64,000 bases of DNA, from positions 7,688,001 to 7,752,000 of the forward strand of contig CM106585.1 in assembly GCA_048013815.1 (NCBI GenBank), given 5' to 3'. Both the position numbers and the translations under genes were made by a program. Source of the stretch: Setoptus koraiensis (taxonomy: Eukaryota; Animalia; Arthropoda). Below the pieces are notes generated by a model, which saw only the letters and a program-made list of their open reading frames with translations, made no database searches and was not told the DNA's origin. Of this stretch, positions 34,279 to 47,637 are shown piece by piece; within the stretch, counting starts at the first letter, position 1, and every line of letters starts with the position of its first letter.

Positions 34279-37200
34279 TTATTTATCTCGTTGTTGTTCC
34301 TTTTGCGAACCATCGCCGGCACAGTCAGCCGACTGTTGTTGTTGTTGTTGCTGATCTTTAGATCCCTCTCGAGCTTTGGCGTCTACCAGGTCAGTATTAT
34401 AAATGGATCAGAACACACATCGGATAGATGTGTGTGTGTCACAACATGGTTGAAACAAACAACAGAGTTACATAACATGGTTAGTATAGACAAAAGTGAG
34501 TTTGTTAGCAGTGATGAGTCTCTCATTTTGCGACCTGATCACCTAGCGCTCTCGGCTAGCTGGCCAGTATCGCCAGTATGTGTGGGCGTCTAGCTAGCCA
34601 CTGGGATAGCCAGTGACGATGGCAGTAATTAATTGACAACCATGTACTATGATACTAATTTCTGTTCACTAACCTTGCACCGCCCTCTCTTGCCACATTC
34701 TCTTGTTTCGTTCTAGGCAATGAATCCAAGGTCTTTTCACCCGATACTGAAAGCTTGCCTGGCTGGACTGTCGAACGTTGGCATGCGAACTTGCCGGAGC
34801 TGAGCTTATCCTGTGTTTGAACGAATAGAGTCAGTAGCAGAAGTGGGGCCAAAAGAAGAGCGGAAGAGCCAAAATTATTGAGCAGTGGCCGTGTTGACAC
34901 GAAGGCAGCGAAACAAAACGAAAGAAGAATATTATTAGAAAATGCAATGAGGCGTATGTGTTGTATGATGTCTATGTGACAGCATCAACGATAGACAGGC
35001 GATAATTATCTCGACTAACCTTCTCGGGTTGACATCATCCTTGGATAGAGTGCGCGCATTTTGCAACGAGGGCGCCCTTGAATTACTCTGATTACTGGCC
35101 TCTTCTTCTGGATTGAAATTATTTGGATTGTTGTTGATTGTTACTGATGAATGTTGTTGTTGCTGCTGCTGTTGCTGCTGATCAGTGGTTGTTACGTCAG
35201 ACGATACATTGTTGGCTTTTGCTTGCGTTGTTGTTGAGGACAATTGATCAGTGACGATTTTAGCCGATAATTGTATAACGGGATGCTTGTAACTGGGCTT
35301 AATATTATATTTGGACATGGCAGCCTGAGTTGTTGTTTGATTGCTAAGTGTGTCGTGAAACGACGACGGCTGTTGTTTTGAAATACCTGAATCATTATTG
35401 TTATTATTATTTTTGTTAGCAATTAGTCTACAATCAGAGACGGTAGAATTATCATCATTGTCCGATGGTGTTGTTGTTATTGATGAATCTTCACTAGTTA
35501 CAGATAATCTTGTTGTCAACGCTGGCGTAGGTGATCTCTTTCCGCCACTGTTATAACAACCACTACTATTACTACTCTTAGATGACGTTGGTCTAATGGA
35601 CGTGATTGGTTTTGTTGTTGGTGTTGCTATTGTTGCAGTTGGGTTGTCTGTTGTTGTTGTTGTCGCTGACGTTGCAGCTTGCTGGTCAGTGTTTGCCGAT
35701 TGTAGGACCGTAGGTAACGCTGTCACTGCCGGCAAAACAACCGACGCCCTCGAGTCAACCATATGATGATGAACTCTGTCGAGAACGTCGCCACACACCT
35801 CCAGACTTGGGCTCACAATGAATTCGATAAAACCTAATTCAATGCAAATTATCCACGCCAGTCGATATGCAAATGAAACGTACATGACGACATGTACCGG
35901 GGAAACGACGACGCAGACGAGCGAGAGGAGAAAAAGAAAACCAGAGGAACCAAAGTAAGATAAGCTCATTATTATTCGTTATCAGCTAAGCCAAAGTCAA
36001 GCTTATATATCGCATATATTGCATCTACGTATATATATATATATATTCAACTGTATGATATTTGTGCAGTTGTTTTATATACAGGAAACAGTGTATTATA
36101 TTAGGATTACTACTCACCTAATTGAGACTCGGCCACAAGCGTTGTCTCGCGATCACATAAAGGCGAACACTCTAGATCGAGTTCCTTCTCACGGTCGCCC
36201 TGATTACTCGATTGGATGATCGATCGATCGATTTATGAAAGTAAGTGTTTAGTTAGATGAGTGTCCGCATGTGAGTGGTGCCAAATGGGGCGCCATATCA
36301 GTAGTAATTTGCTGTAGACTTTTGCTTGTCTCAGAGAGCTCACTCACCTGGCGAAAGAACTCCTCCATGAGTAATTGGGTCCAATGACTGTGCAACTCCC
36401 ATCGCTTAGCTGGATGACTCACATCGGAAACGTGTATCACCAGGGATAAAATTTTTGATTTGTCTGCGTTGAAATTGTCTGAATGATTTAGTATGCTCTT
36501 CATTGCTTTGATTTGTTGAAAATGCGACGACATATCCGTGGCCAGCACCATATCGATCACCAGCGACCTGAACTCGCTGTATAAATATTATAGAAAAAGA
36601 GAAGCGAAAACAATGGTAAACAATTTTTTGTTTGTTATCCATTAGTTATCATTTGCATAGTAGCTAGTACAGTAAGTGCTGAGTAAGGCTTATATTTAAA
36701 GTAATCAAAATAACATCGTTTGCCCGATGTGATTTGCGAAACTGCGCCAGCGGTACTGGCCAAATGATTGAAAAATTCAATGGCTGTCGAAATGAGTCAG
36801 TAGTTGCCACTGCCAACTGTGTAAATAAATACATATGGAAATGGATAAGTAAATAAATAAACAAACAAATAAACGAACTCGGGAACAGGCTTAGCAGCGC
36901 CAACAGAAATTCGCTCATTGGGGATGGAATAGTGATAGAAATGGGGCGATTGCAGAATGGAAATACCAGAGAAGATTTTGGGGGCAACTCTGGAAATAAA
37001 TTAATAATAATCAAAACATACATTTACATTTATGACCGTTTTTCTTCCGACTAACAAGCCGACAGTACTTACCGGTATTCGTCTTTGGACAGGCCGCTTA
37101 ATATGTTGCAATCTTCCTGTTTCAACAATGTAAACGCTTGACATATATGATAATTCTCCAATACAGCCCTGTCATTATAAGTGAGAGCAGTGTCGGATCT

Positions 37201-40200
37201 GGACGCCAATAGGGTGCGATGTTGACCGATGGACCACGTCGGAAAGTAGTTTTTTTTATAAGAAAATTTAAAAGAAGTGACAATGTCAGTAAATAGCAAT
37301 GCAATAAAAAGTTGTTTGTATAGAAAACAGTTAAGTTGGGACTGTCCAAGCTGGTCAACGGACTGGCTCGGTGAAGTTAGAAAATTAGGTAACAAGTTGC
37401 TTTGAGGCTGGCCTCGTTTTCGCTCTCGGTCACACACATTCCGGTGCTTATTGATCTCGTTCGAGGAAGATTCGTTAACCTGAGCGCGAAATTATTGAGT
37501 ATTTCATTTGGCTTAGATGGGACTTGGTTGGTTTCGTTCAATAATCTTGAATGAAGACTGAGAACGACCTTGGCAACGAAAGATCTTTTTTTGTTGTTGA
37601 GCCGAACAGAAACTATTTATTGTCGCGATCTTTCTCGCCGACACATAAAACGCCATTTTGTCTCGGCATTTCGTCATTTGCAAGCGGGTCTCAGCTTTCA
37701 ACGAACGCAACACTTGAAAACTGGAATATATTGCAATTCAGTTTTCAGGCCATGTCAACTCGGTAGGAGCGAACACAAGTTGAAGTCTCAGACGCCCTGA
37801 GCGTTTACACAAATGATGCATTCATTATCACGTGTGAGATCTAAATTGTATCTCTTTCGGCTATATCATATATATATATATAAATTCATTTATATCCAGT
37901 GCAGCATTGACCAGAAACTTTGCACTCGAATATTCGTGTTAGAATTAGAGATAATCTGTTCAAAGTGATAATCTGGCAAGAAGCAGTTGTGACAAAATGC
38001 GAGACGAACATCAAATACTACAAAACCATAAATATTTCAGTGGAGAGGGGCTCGTTATTTGAGTGAGTTTCAATTATGTTTGTCTCGTTTCACAGGATTT
38101 CCCGGTTCCATTTGGAACGTGGCGAACTCAACGGACCACAGACCACAAACGTTGAAAGAAAAAAATCAATGCGCATACGTATTCGAAACAATAGAATGTC
38201 ATCTATCATGGTTCATGACATTCCGTCGACACATGGCATGTAGTGTGATGACAGTTGCCATACCGATGATCTCATGCGAAACAAAAGAATACATTTACAA
38301 TATCGATGCATCGCCCCTGGGATAGCTTGTCGATTGTTGCCCATTTTTCATTCATTTTTCGAGCGAGCGCCAGGAAGTTTTAGGCACGCGTGCAGCACAT
38401 GGCGGGGGGCAATATCCGCATTCGTTATCCGAATACTCGGATCATTTTCGTCCGGTTGCTAGAACGTGTGATGCTTCTATAAACGACTAGCGTGCGATAT
38501 GATTCAGACGAGTAAACTCAATCACTGGAAATCGTGCACGAGAGCATGCTGTGAAATCGTGCAAAAGCGCCCCGCATTCGTGTAGAAATAAGTCGCTGGC
38601 GTTGTTGCAGTCATCTCAATCATTGCAGTTCGAAATTATCTGTCAGAAGTCAAGTGCGAATCAACATTTGTCTACATGTCATATGGCAGTGTGTTGATCA
38701 AATAGCTCGGGGAGATAGAGCGCATAGCAGATGTAGACTATCTTAATCAGCCACCACAAGGGGCCCCAATATTAAAGGTAGTTGTGACATTGGGCACACA
38801 GAGCAGCCAACACAACTGACTAGATGGCATATGACAAATGTGAGTTGACCGACCTCATTCTGGCGCGCGCGACAATTTCATTAGTGAGCCTAGGTGGCGT
38901 TCGCTCTGGTTGGTGAATTATTGAGCTTTAATTTCATGAATAATTCAACAACAACAGACGCACACTGCCGGCATCGGCAACAATAACAAGCAATGGGAAC
39001 ACATTAAACATCCTTGTGAAATCTATCAGCATGACAGTTGATAATGCAACTTTCGAGTTGAAAAATGATGCATGATGGTCCATACATTTGTAATCGCTAA
39101 GACTAGAACGGATATTTTCATTATTCAGCCGAGTTAGTTTAGCGGGCCACAGTGTCTCTAAGAAAATAGAGATCCTGCTGAAATGAAGCGACAACAGAGA
39201 CATTTTTAGTGGAAAAATTGGCCGGAAGCTTGTGCAACAGCAAGTAAGACATCGCCAAAATATGGTCACATGGCTCAAATGAACACTGAAAGATGACAAG
39301 GGTTCGCTTATCTGACCATTGTCGAGCTATGGAAATGATGGCTTGAGCAAAAATCATCGCTAGTTTTAATTGTCAATAATAGGCAACCTCGTGAAATTGG
39401 CAAATATGTCTGAGAGAATTTTCGCGAGACTTTCAGATTGTTTTATCAGTATAGCCTCTGCACTGACGACGACAACTTTCACGGAACGAAGACAGTGCAG
39501 TTGATTCGCAGATGATATTAAGGTCGGGCAAATAGGTACCGAAATTGCGTCAAAAGCTTATCAAATCGCCTCAAAGATGTTTCGGATATCGAAAGACATT
39601 TGCATATACCTCAACATGCATGAATTTAGATGCGTTTTGACATGTTCTACGTAATACGAATCTTCCAGTACTGGTGAAGTTTGTTGGAGCTCCGAAAATT
39701 GACGCGAAGATGAAAAATTTTCTAGGAAAATCGATTCTTACGTAATGTGAGCATATTTGGAATAGAAAAAGAATGGCCAAACTTAAAACCGCACCAAGAA
39801 GAGTGCTACAGAAGTGTCTTAATCGGATCATTTGTTTGCTAGCTGGAGCAGAAAAAAACTCTTCTTGAATTCACGGATATTTGACACATTTTTAGAGGGG
39901 CCCTAGCGGTCGAATATAAAATCATAATAATGAAGGTTTGAAAAAAAATTACTAATAATGTTAGATAAGTTTCTTATATCATCAGTGATCGACGAAACTC
40001 ACGCCTCTGAATTCACTAATTTGATAATTGAATTGAAAGTCATTTCTTAGCGCCTCGTTGCCTAGCTATTTTTTCAGTTTTTAAAATTGAGCTACTTCTG
40101 AATTTGGAGTCTTCGCTCCAAATACCCCCGAGTCAGGTAGCTAGAACACAAAATACAGAAGATAGAAGAAATTGTTTACACAGAAATGCTCACGAGGAGA

Positions 40201-43200
40201 TCAATTTGGCAGTGCCGGTGAAAAAGCATGCAAATTTTAACTGTCGCAAAGACGATGATTTACTCGAAAGCCTCGTTATTGGTTCTCCTCTGTGTGTCGC
40301 GAGGCAAATTCGCGCGACGAGATCAGGTGAAATGATGCAAGACGATTGAACGAGCTCGAAAATAGCTGATGTGATGCAAGAGTTGTCAGGTCCGCAGAGT
40401 TAATCACCAATCGATCAAACTATATTATCATTATGTTTGCGTCACTCATCACCAAGGTCAAAAGTTCGAGATGAAAGCGAGAAAAAAATGTGTAAAATCT
40501 TGAAACGAATTGAAATCTGACTTATATTTGCAAGCACGCAGCATACTTTTAAATATGTGCAATATTTTATTTTTTTCAGGCCCGAACTTTATGTGTTATG
40601 TAGCGGCTCACTATAGGCAGTTAATTTAATTATCACCGATAATCAATCAATCACGCCGAGTTGAGAGTGGGCAGTCAAGGCAGGCGAGCTTTTGTGTGAA
40701 AGATGGATGAGTTTATTTTAATGCGCATGCAGCAAAAAGTAATGAGATGATTGGATTATTTTTGTTTGTTTGTGTCGTAACGTTGTAGCCGGTTGGTGCT
40801 GATCGAGATTATATTTTCCGCAGACTGTTGCCTGGTAGCGCTGCGACTGCTGCTGCCGCCGCCGCCGCTGCATTATCGAGCCGCATCCAATGAAGCGGCC
40901 AATTGAAACACGCGCGACACGGGCCACAAATCGGGGCCGGGGCCCCATCGATGGGGCAGGCTCCGGTTATTGGCGTTTGTGCAAATGTGAAACCGATGAA
41001 TGTCATTGAAGTGATTCTCAATGAGCCGGCCTCAAGTCTGGCCGGAATTTAGATGGGCGAGCGCGATGCATTAGATGAGGAGCGTCACAGAGCGGCGGCA
41101 CTCAATCGAAGATGGGCACGAACAATTGTAGTTTTACTGGCCGATTTGAATTGGCCGAAAAAAAGCTTTCCAGCGAGCTCGCGCGCAAAAACAAACCCCA
41201 ACAATTGTGCGTAGGTGTGCGTGCCGCGCCACGGCTCGGGGTGATCGATCAATTCACTTTGAATTAATGGCGTCCACTAGCGCGCGCACTGTTGCGACCA
41301 ACTAACTAGATATTGGCACGCTGGGCCCCCACCGTTTGCAGCTTGTTTCGAGCCAGTTGTTACAGCGGCGCCGTTACAGCCAGCGCTGTTTTAGTGATCT
41401 TGTATAGGTGGCCCGCGGCAAGCTCACACCTTTGCAGTGCGCGAGCTGGCCGCCAGTTGAATTTTAGCAGCCAGATAGTGGACACTTCCGAGGGGGCCCC
41501 GGCAAATATATATATATATACGTATATCTGGCCTGGCGGCGGGTAAGTGGCGCCGACACTCGCTGCATGGCGTCACTAGCTGGCACCGGCTACTGGTGTG
41601 GCCAGCTCGACAATCGCAACACCAGATTCTAGCGACCGGAGCCACCCACACGCACACACATACACCTGTCATTAGTGGCCAACGACAAGCTAGCGGAAAA
41701 CGCACAACAAATTACATATATAGAGGCGCCGGAGAGCGACGAAATTGGATTAGTAGCAGCGCCAGCACTGATGCAGCGCTGCTGCCGACTGACTTATCCT
41801 GGCCGCTAACAATTGTGTCTACTGTGTGTTGCACACTGTGTCGTGTTGCGCAACCTGGGGCCCCAAACAAGGCAAACAATGACTTGCCGATGGATTGTGA
41901 TTGTGTGGCGCGCATGATGCAATGGGCACCAAGCCAAAGGATGCAAGCGCAGAGAGAGAGCGAATAAATATTAATAGTTGCAATCGGTGGCTGCCTCTAT
42001 ATCTGGCGTGTCGCTCAATGACTCATTGACTGATTATCTGATCGCATTTACCGCACCCGACAACCCGCACCCGACAACACACACCGGCAACATACATGAC
42101 AGTAACACGCCTCGCAAGGTGGCAACTCGCAGAACAGGTGAGTCGGGTAATCCGCCTCGGCCGGCGCACCAGATATATTGTGCATCACAATTGCTATACA
42201 TATGCATGCACACGACAAAAGATATAACGGGATGAAGAGATACAGTCACACAGAGTGGCGCCCACTTCGGCCAGCTCCTTTTGGCAAGCGAGCGGCTGTG
42301 GCGGCTGGACACCAGAGGCGCTGTCTGGCTGGCTGGCTGGCTGTCCTGTAAAAGCGGGGCCCGTTCTCTGCAACTTACAGATCGTCGCAAGCGCGAGGGC
42401 CGCGAAGGCTCAGCGAACCCGACGAGGGGCCCGATCGAAGCGAGAGATAGGCTCATATCGCGCCGTTGCAGCCAGCGACTAGCGCACCAGCAGTCGCCAT
42501 TTCGATCGTGATGGCGGCGCCCGGTTTCTTGGGGCGCGATGCCCGCGATAACAGAACGCGGTGAACAGATAACTTATTATCGGTGCCTCACTTGTTATTA
42601 TTATCATTAGAAGGCAAGTGTGTGGGCAGAGAGAAAAAATGAGGCGCGCGCGCGCCACGACGAGAGTCAGTCCCCATGAGAGGGGGGCACAGGGATGGCG
42701 AGAAAAAAATGGGCCGCTTGCCCGTGGAGGTCACAGCCAGAACAATGACAAGTTGAGTTGTAGCTGGCCGACGAGCGCCACAGACGCCATCGACGGATAG
42801 TTAGATTAGGGGCACACAGTTTGATTGGCTGCCGGCGAGTCGCTGCAGTCACCTGTAAGTCGGCTGCAGTGTTGCAGACTGGGCACACTAGGCAGACATG
42901 GGCGCATTAGCACAGGGTGCCTCACAAGGGGCCCCGACGCGTTGGCTGACGAAGTGCGTTTTGCGCCCAATTAATTTGACCTGGCGCGCACTGCGTACAG
43001 CACATGGCCACCAACAACGACCAACATTATACGGATTTATCTATAGTCTGTCTGTCTGTCTGGTGTGTCGCTCGGCGCGGCCGGCTTGTCGCGCCAGGCG
43101 AAAACACACGAAATGCGGGGCGCGAGAGAAAAAACAGAGAAAACACAGAAGAAGCCAGCGGCCTCTTCTCGCCCCTTTTCGTCCGCATTCGTCCGCTCTC

Positions 43201-45413
43201 GTCCGCTTTCGTCCGCATTCGCCCGCTTTCGTTCGTTTTTCGTCCGCGTTCGTCCGCGTTCGTCCGCGTTCGTCCGCGTTCGTCCGCGTTCGTCCGCGTT
43301 CGTCCGCGTTCGTCCGCGTTCGTCCGCGTTCGTCCGCGTTCGTCCGCGTTCGTCCGCGTTCGCCCATTTTCGTCCACTCTCGTCCGCTTTTCGCTCGTCC
43401 TCTGGCGCGTCGGCCAGAGGCCGCTCGCCCCTTCTGCCAGTCGCTGGCCACTGCCGCTCCGCAAATAAGCCGGGCGCGAGATTACGCTCAATGTGCAAGT
43501 CGTCACGGCCAAAAATATGGCAAGCCGAGCACATTGACGGGCAATAGTCTGGTCACATACCATTGGGCACGGCGGGCCGGTGCGTGTGCAAGCGGCCCCG
43601 CGCCAGCGTGCACCTAGGGTACAAATTGGTATTTGGGCGTGGGCTGTAATTGTATTATGGCGGAACCGGTTGCTAAGTAGCTTGGGCGACTTAATATCAT
43701 CATTGAGCATTCTTATTCGCCAGCGCCCTTCGCTGTCGACTGCTGCCCAGACTGGCTTGGCCGCCGTTATTCTGCTTATATTATCGCATTTTATTTTATT
43801 TTATTTTACTTTATTTTACTTTATTTTACTTTATTTTACTTTATTTTATTTCGCCCCTTGGTTTGGCCTCTCGCTCTGTCGCCATGGGCGCGACTCTTGC
43901 TGTCGGCGCGCTCGTCGGTACTTTATTTTGTCTCTTGGTACCGAAATTGCAGTTCAATTGTGCGCTCACAACCGGCACACACCAGACAGCGACAGATAAA
44001 ATCAAACAATGATGACGATACAACGCATTGACAACACCGTCGGCCATTGCCACCAGTCTGCGAGGGGCCAGCTCCCAGTTGAGCAAATCGTCGGGCAAGA
44101 AAATGCCCAAAGTAGTTTGAGAGATAAAACAAGTTTGGCTGTTGTCGTTGGCCTAACTGAGCCACGCCGAGCCACGGACAAAGTGTGTGCAGTGCGGATA
44201 AAGGACACTGCTCACAAATTTACATCTCGGCGACTATTTGTCTGGCACACACACACACACACACACACTGCACTAGCCAGCGAGGCATTGCAAGGGGCGC
44301 CGGCGAGACATTGCAAGAGTGGCCCCATGGCCCCGCGAACTGCGCAGCGCAACTCGCAGCCTGCAAACTGTTTGATTAGCGACGAGATAAATAGATAAAT
44401 AAAATCACCATTAGCTTGGCGACTTGCGCGCCCGATCTCTGCTGATTCTTGAATTCTGCTGGCACTTGGGGCCCAGCCAGCGGTATCGTCGACAACACGT
44501 GGTTTAGCCCTGGATAAGCCATCTCGGCGAGCATCTGTGTGTATATCCGCCGTATTCCGTTCTCGCAAGCGCGAGCCCATCAGTCCCCATCAGGGCAAAA
44601 GCCCGGCGTGTGATATATGCTGCGAGTGCGTGTGTGTGTGTGTGTGTGTGTGATATCAATAATTGATAGATAAATAAATTGATGATTACCTCTATCTGTG
44701 CGTCTATCGGTGTGGCCGGTGCGCCGACTCTGCCGTTGCCGAAATCAACAGCTGAGCGCATTCTCTTGCTGCATACATTATCCTCTCTCTGGCTGGCTGG
44801 CTCGCTGCTGTCTGGTCATTACTAATCGATTACATCATACTAAATATATAAGCTGCATTAATGTTGCTTATATATTTAGAGCCCCACAGCGGGCCCCAAA
44901 GAACGTTCGGCGTGCCACTAAGCCAGCCAGCCAGCGAGCACGACGGCCAATGCGATCGAGATTATTCTAACTAACTACCGGCGCTACTGCAACGGCTTCG
45001 GCTGCTGATGTTGCTGTTGCTGCAACGGCACTGGCGGCCAAGTAAGCCCATGGGGAGCCCCTGCCGGGCCGACCCTTGGGCCAAATTGTATATCGGCTCA
45101 CAATCAGATCGATCGGACGGGCAACGCACGGCGGCAACTGGGCCGGGCCGGGCCAACTGGCGACCGACTTGAGAGAATAAATGCAAGCAGGCATAACAGA
45201 GTGCATGTGTGCCCATTTCATCGCAATCAGTTTAACACGAGCCGGGCCGGGCCGGATTGTGTCACTAGTCGCAACGATATCGGTCGGTTGTTTGTCGATG
45301 CCAGTCAACAACAAAAAAGCAAAGTTCACATGTGATGACGCAACTCGACTCGACTCGCATCACAGATATCGATCGTGGATAAATGGTGCCCGATGCTGTT
45401 TATTTTGCTCACA

Positions 45414-45445
<32 letters not shown>

Positions 45446-47321
45446 GAATAGCCTGTGATGGGGGGCCCGTGCGCGATCATACGAGCCAGATTAGTTAGTA
45501 TGCGACGACTATATCACGCGCTGATATAATTATTATTATAGGCAGTTCATGTTTGTTGCAACTTGTGTCGCGAGTCGCAACTACAGCGACGACAACAAAT
45601 TATAAACAAAGAAACTAATTAGTAGCAAATTGTCACTGCCTGCTCTGCCGTCTATCTCTACGCCGTATATGCCACCGTATATGCCGTATATACTCTGTAT
45701 ATATAGCGTTATCTAACGCTGTTTGCCTGTTATATAACACACAGCTGACTAAATTGAAAATTAACAAAATAGAGGCGCTCCAGTTGCCCTCTAACAAGTC
45801 TGTGGAGCCTCTTTGTTTGCTTGAGCAGATTTTAATTTTATCATCGCCGAGATAAGGTTCTTCTTCAGACTGAGGCCTGAAATTAGTTGACTCGTGTCCT
45901 ATCATCGGCAGCCAATGACAGCCTTGTGCTACACATTTGCAGTGGCTGCAACAACTGCATTATCGGCCATCCTAATTGAATACAACAACATACGACGGAA
46001 TGGGCTCCATTGCCGCCAAGAAACGGCCCCAATTTCAGCGATAAATAACGCAACACCATAAGGCGATTATTATTTTTGTTTATAATGTATTATGACGGCA
46101 CTGGCCAGGCATTAATGAAGCGCCGCAAGAGACTCTTGCGGCAAGAGCCAATTTTTACGTTGTGTCTGACTCTCATTCGGTCAGTCAGACACACCGTGTC
46201 ACTCGAAAGGTGACCCCTCTTAAATTAAGTGCAAGTTATCAGTTGAATTTGGTGCGCTTGCTCAAGCTCGCAGCACTCACCTTGACATCACATGAAAATT
46301 ATTTGTCGTTCCTGTGTGTAAATAATCGTGAATTATTGCAGCCAATAATGAGGCAAATATCTCTAAATCGCTGAGCCAATTTGCCAAGCCAGCTTGCCAG
46401 AGCATATAATGGACGGTCTGGGTGACATCGGCCGCGTGCAAATTATTGTGATAAGGATTCTTGTGTTTCGAGTAACCACATTCTATTTGGGTAAGAAAGT
46501 TCTTCAGGGTATTCGTTTGAATCTGATTTTTCGCAACCATCGGCATGAAAACAATTACAGTTGTCACAGGTGCAGTGAGTTAGTTATACAATAGTTGTAA
46601 ATTAGTCATTAGTTGTTTTCAAACATTTTCCGCTGTAACTGTAATTGCCGATTATAGCCGATAATTGTCAGTACTATAATTGTAGTATAATTGCAAGTTA
46701 TCACTCACCTTGAACTTGTAAATTAAACCATAACGATTAAACAGCTCATAGCCAACACTTTTGAGCACTTGACCTTGTGAGGCTGCATTGACGGAAAAGC
46801 AATCAAATGACCAATCATCAATGGATTTGAGCAAACCGGCCACTTCTGGTGTCACAAATGGCGCAGTCGACGATGACATGCGCCGATAGATTCTAATCGA
46901 GGCGCCACAATCATTACGCCACAATCATTACGCCACAATATGCATGATTCATGATTATTATGACGATTATCATGGTATGAATAGACGAGAATTGATTGAT
47001 TTATTAATTAATTAATTAACTTATCATGTGCTGATTTGCTTGACCCAAAACAGAGGCTGAGTGGCGCTGATCAGTTGACACTTTCACCTGGTCATTAATA
47101 CTGATTTTATCAGAATTGTTCGCCTGTCCACTTACCTGTCCACCACTATGCCGGCCCGGATTGCGTTGGCCACGGAACGAAACTTGAGTTTATCATCCGA
47201 TTGGCGCTTCTGTGATATTGAATTCCTCGTGAACGTGGTCTCAAGCCATTTTCTCACTTCATTTGGGACAGCGTCCGATTGTACTTCCGACAGGTCGTCC
47301 TCCTCCTCGTCCAATGCCCTT
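34279..47321 (-). CDS. Pde1c: Ca2+/calmodulin-dependent PDE1 core; exons 47321-47136, 46892-46709, 46522-46281, 37198-37073, 36576-36348, 36199-36118, 35833-35020, 34810-34674, 34382-34279
   Basis: PDE1 N-domain DDLSEVQSDAVPNEVRKWLETTFTR...KFRSVANAIRAGI; catalytic NPYHNNLHAADVTQT, HDYLHTGTTNNFH, YNDRAVLENYH, VLATDMSSHF, HVSDVSHP, EEFFRQGD, SPLCDR, ESQLGFIEFIV; C-terminal RPWIHCLERNKRMW. All junctions are GT-AG and phase-consistent. Confidence 0.93.
43241..43360. repeat. Perfect 10-bp tandem minisatellite (CGTCCGCGTT)x12 with degenerate flanks (~43170-43400)
   Basis: Counted directly. Confidence 0.97.
43790..43851. repeat. (TTTTA/TTTTAC)n AT-rich simple repeat
   Basis: Direct observation. 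Confidence 0.85.
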
Positions 47322-47552
47322 CTTTGGATTTTGCAAGCACGATTATTATTGTGTGTGTTATTTTGACATTTTGTTATTTTGGGCACGGCGAAGCGCGACA
47401 AAAAGTCAGTTGAATGAACCATGGATGATAAGAAAAAACGTATGTTTAGTACTGTGGTATTTTTATATCACTATATTTATATATAGATATATTAATCATT
47501 TTTCGCGTACCCTCGAATCAGTCGGACAGCGACCGAAACGTGGATTGAAATT

Positions 47553-47637
47553 CATTTAGGTGCAACATTTAGGTGCAACATTTAGGTGCAACATTTAGGT
47601 GCAACATTTAGGTGCAACATTTAGGTGCAACATTTAG
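47553..47637. repeat. 13-bp tandem repeat (CATTTAGGTGCAA)x6 plus a partial copy
   Basis: Counted directly; the copies are perfect. Confidence 0.95.

Noticed and set aside
42898-43710. Cluster of 136-239 aa ORFs on both strands with RVRPRSSAFV / RTNADERG repeats
   Set aside because: Produced by the stop-free 10-bp minisatellite inside a PDE1 intron; no domain or splice support.
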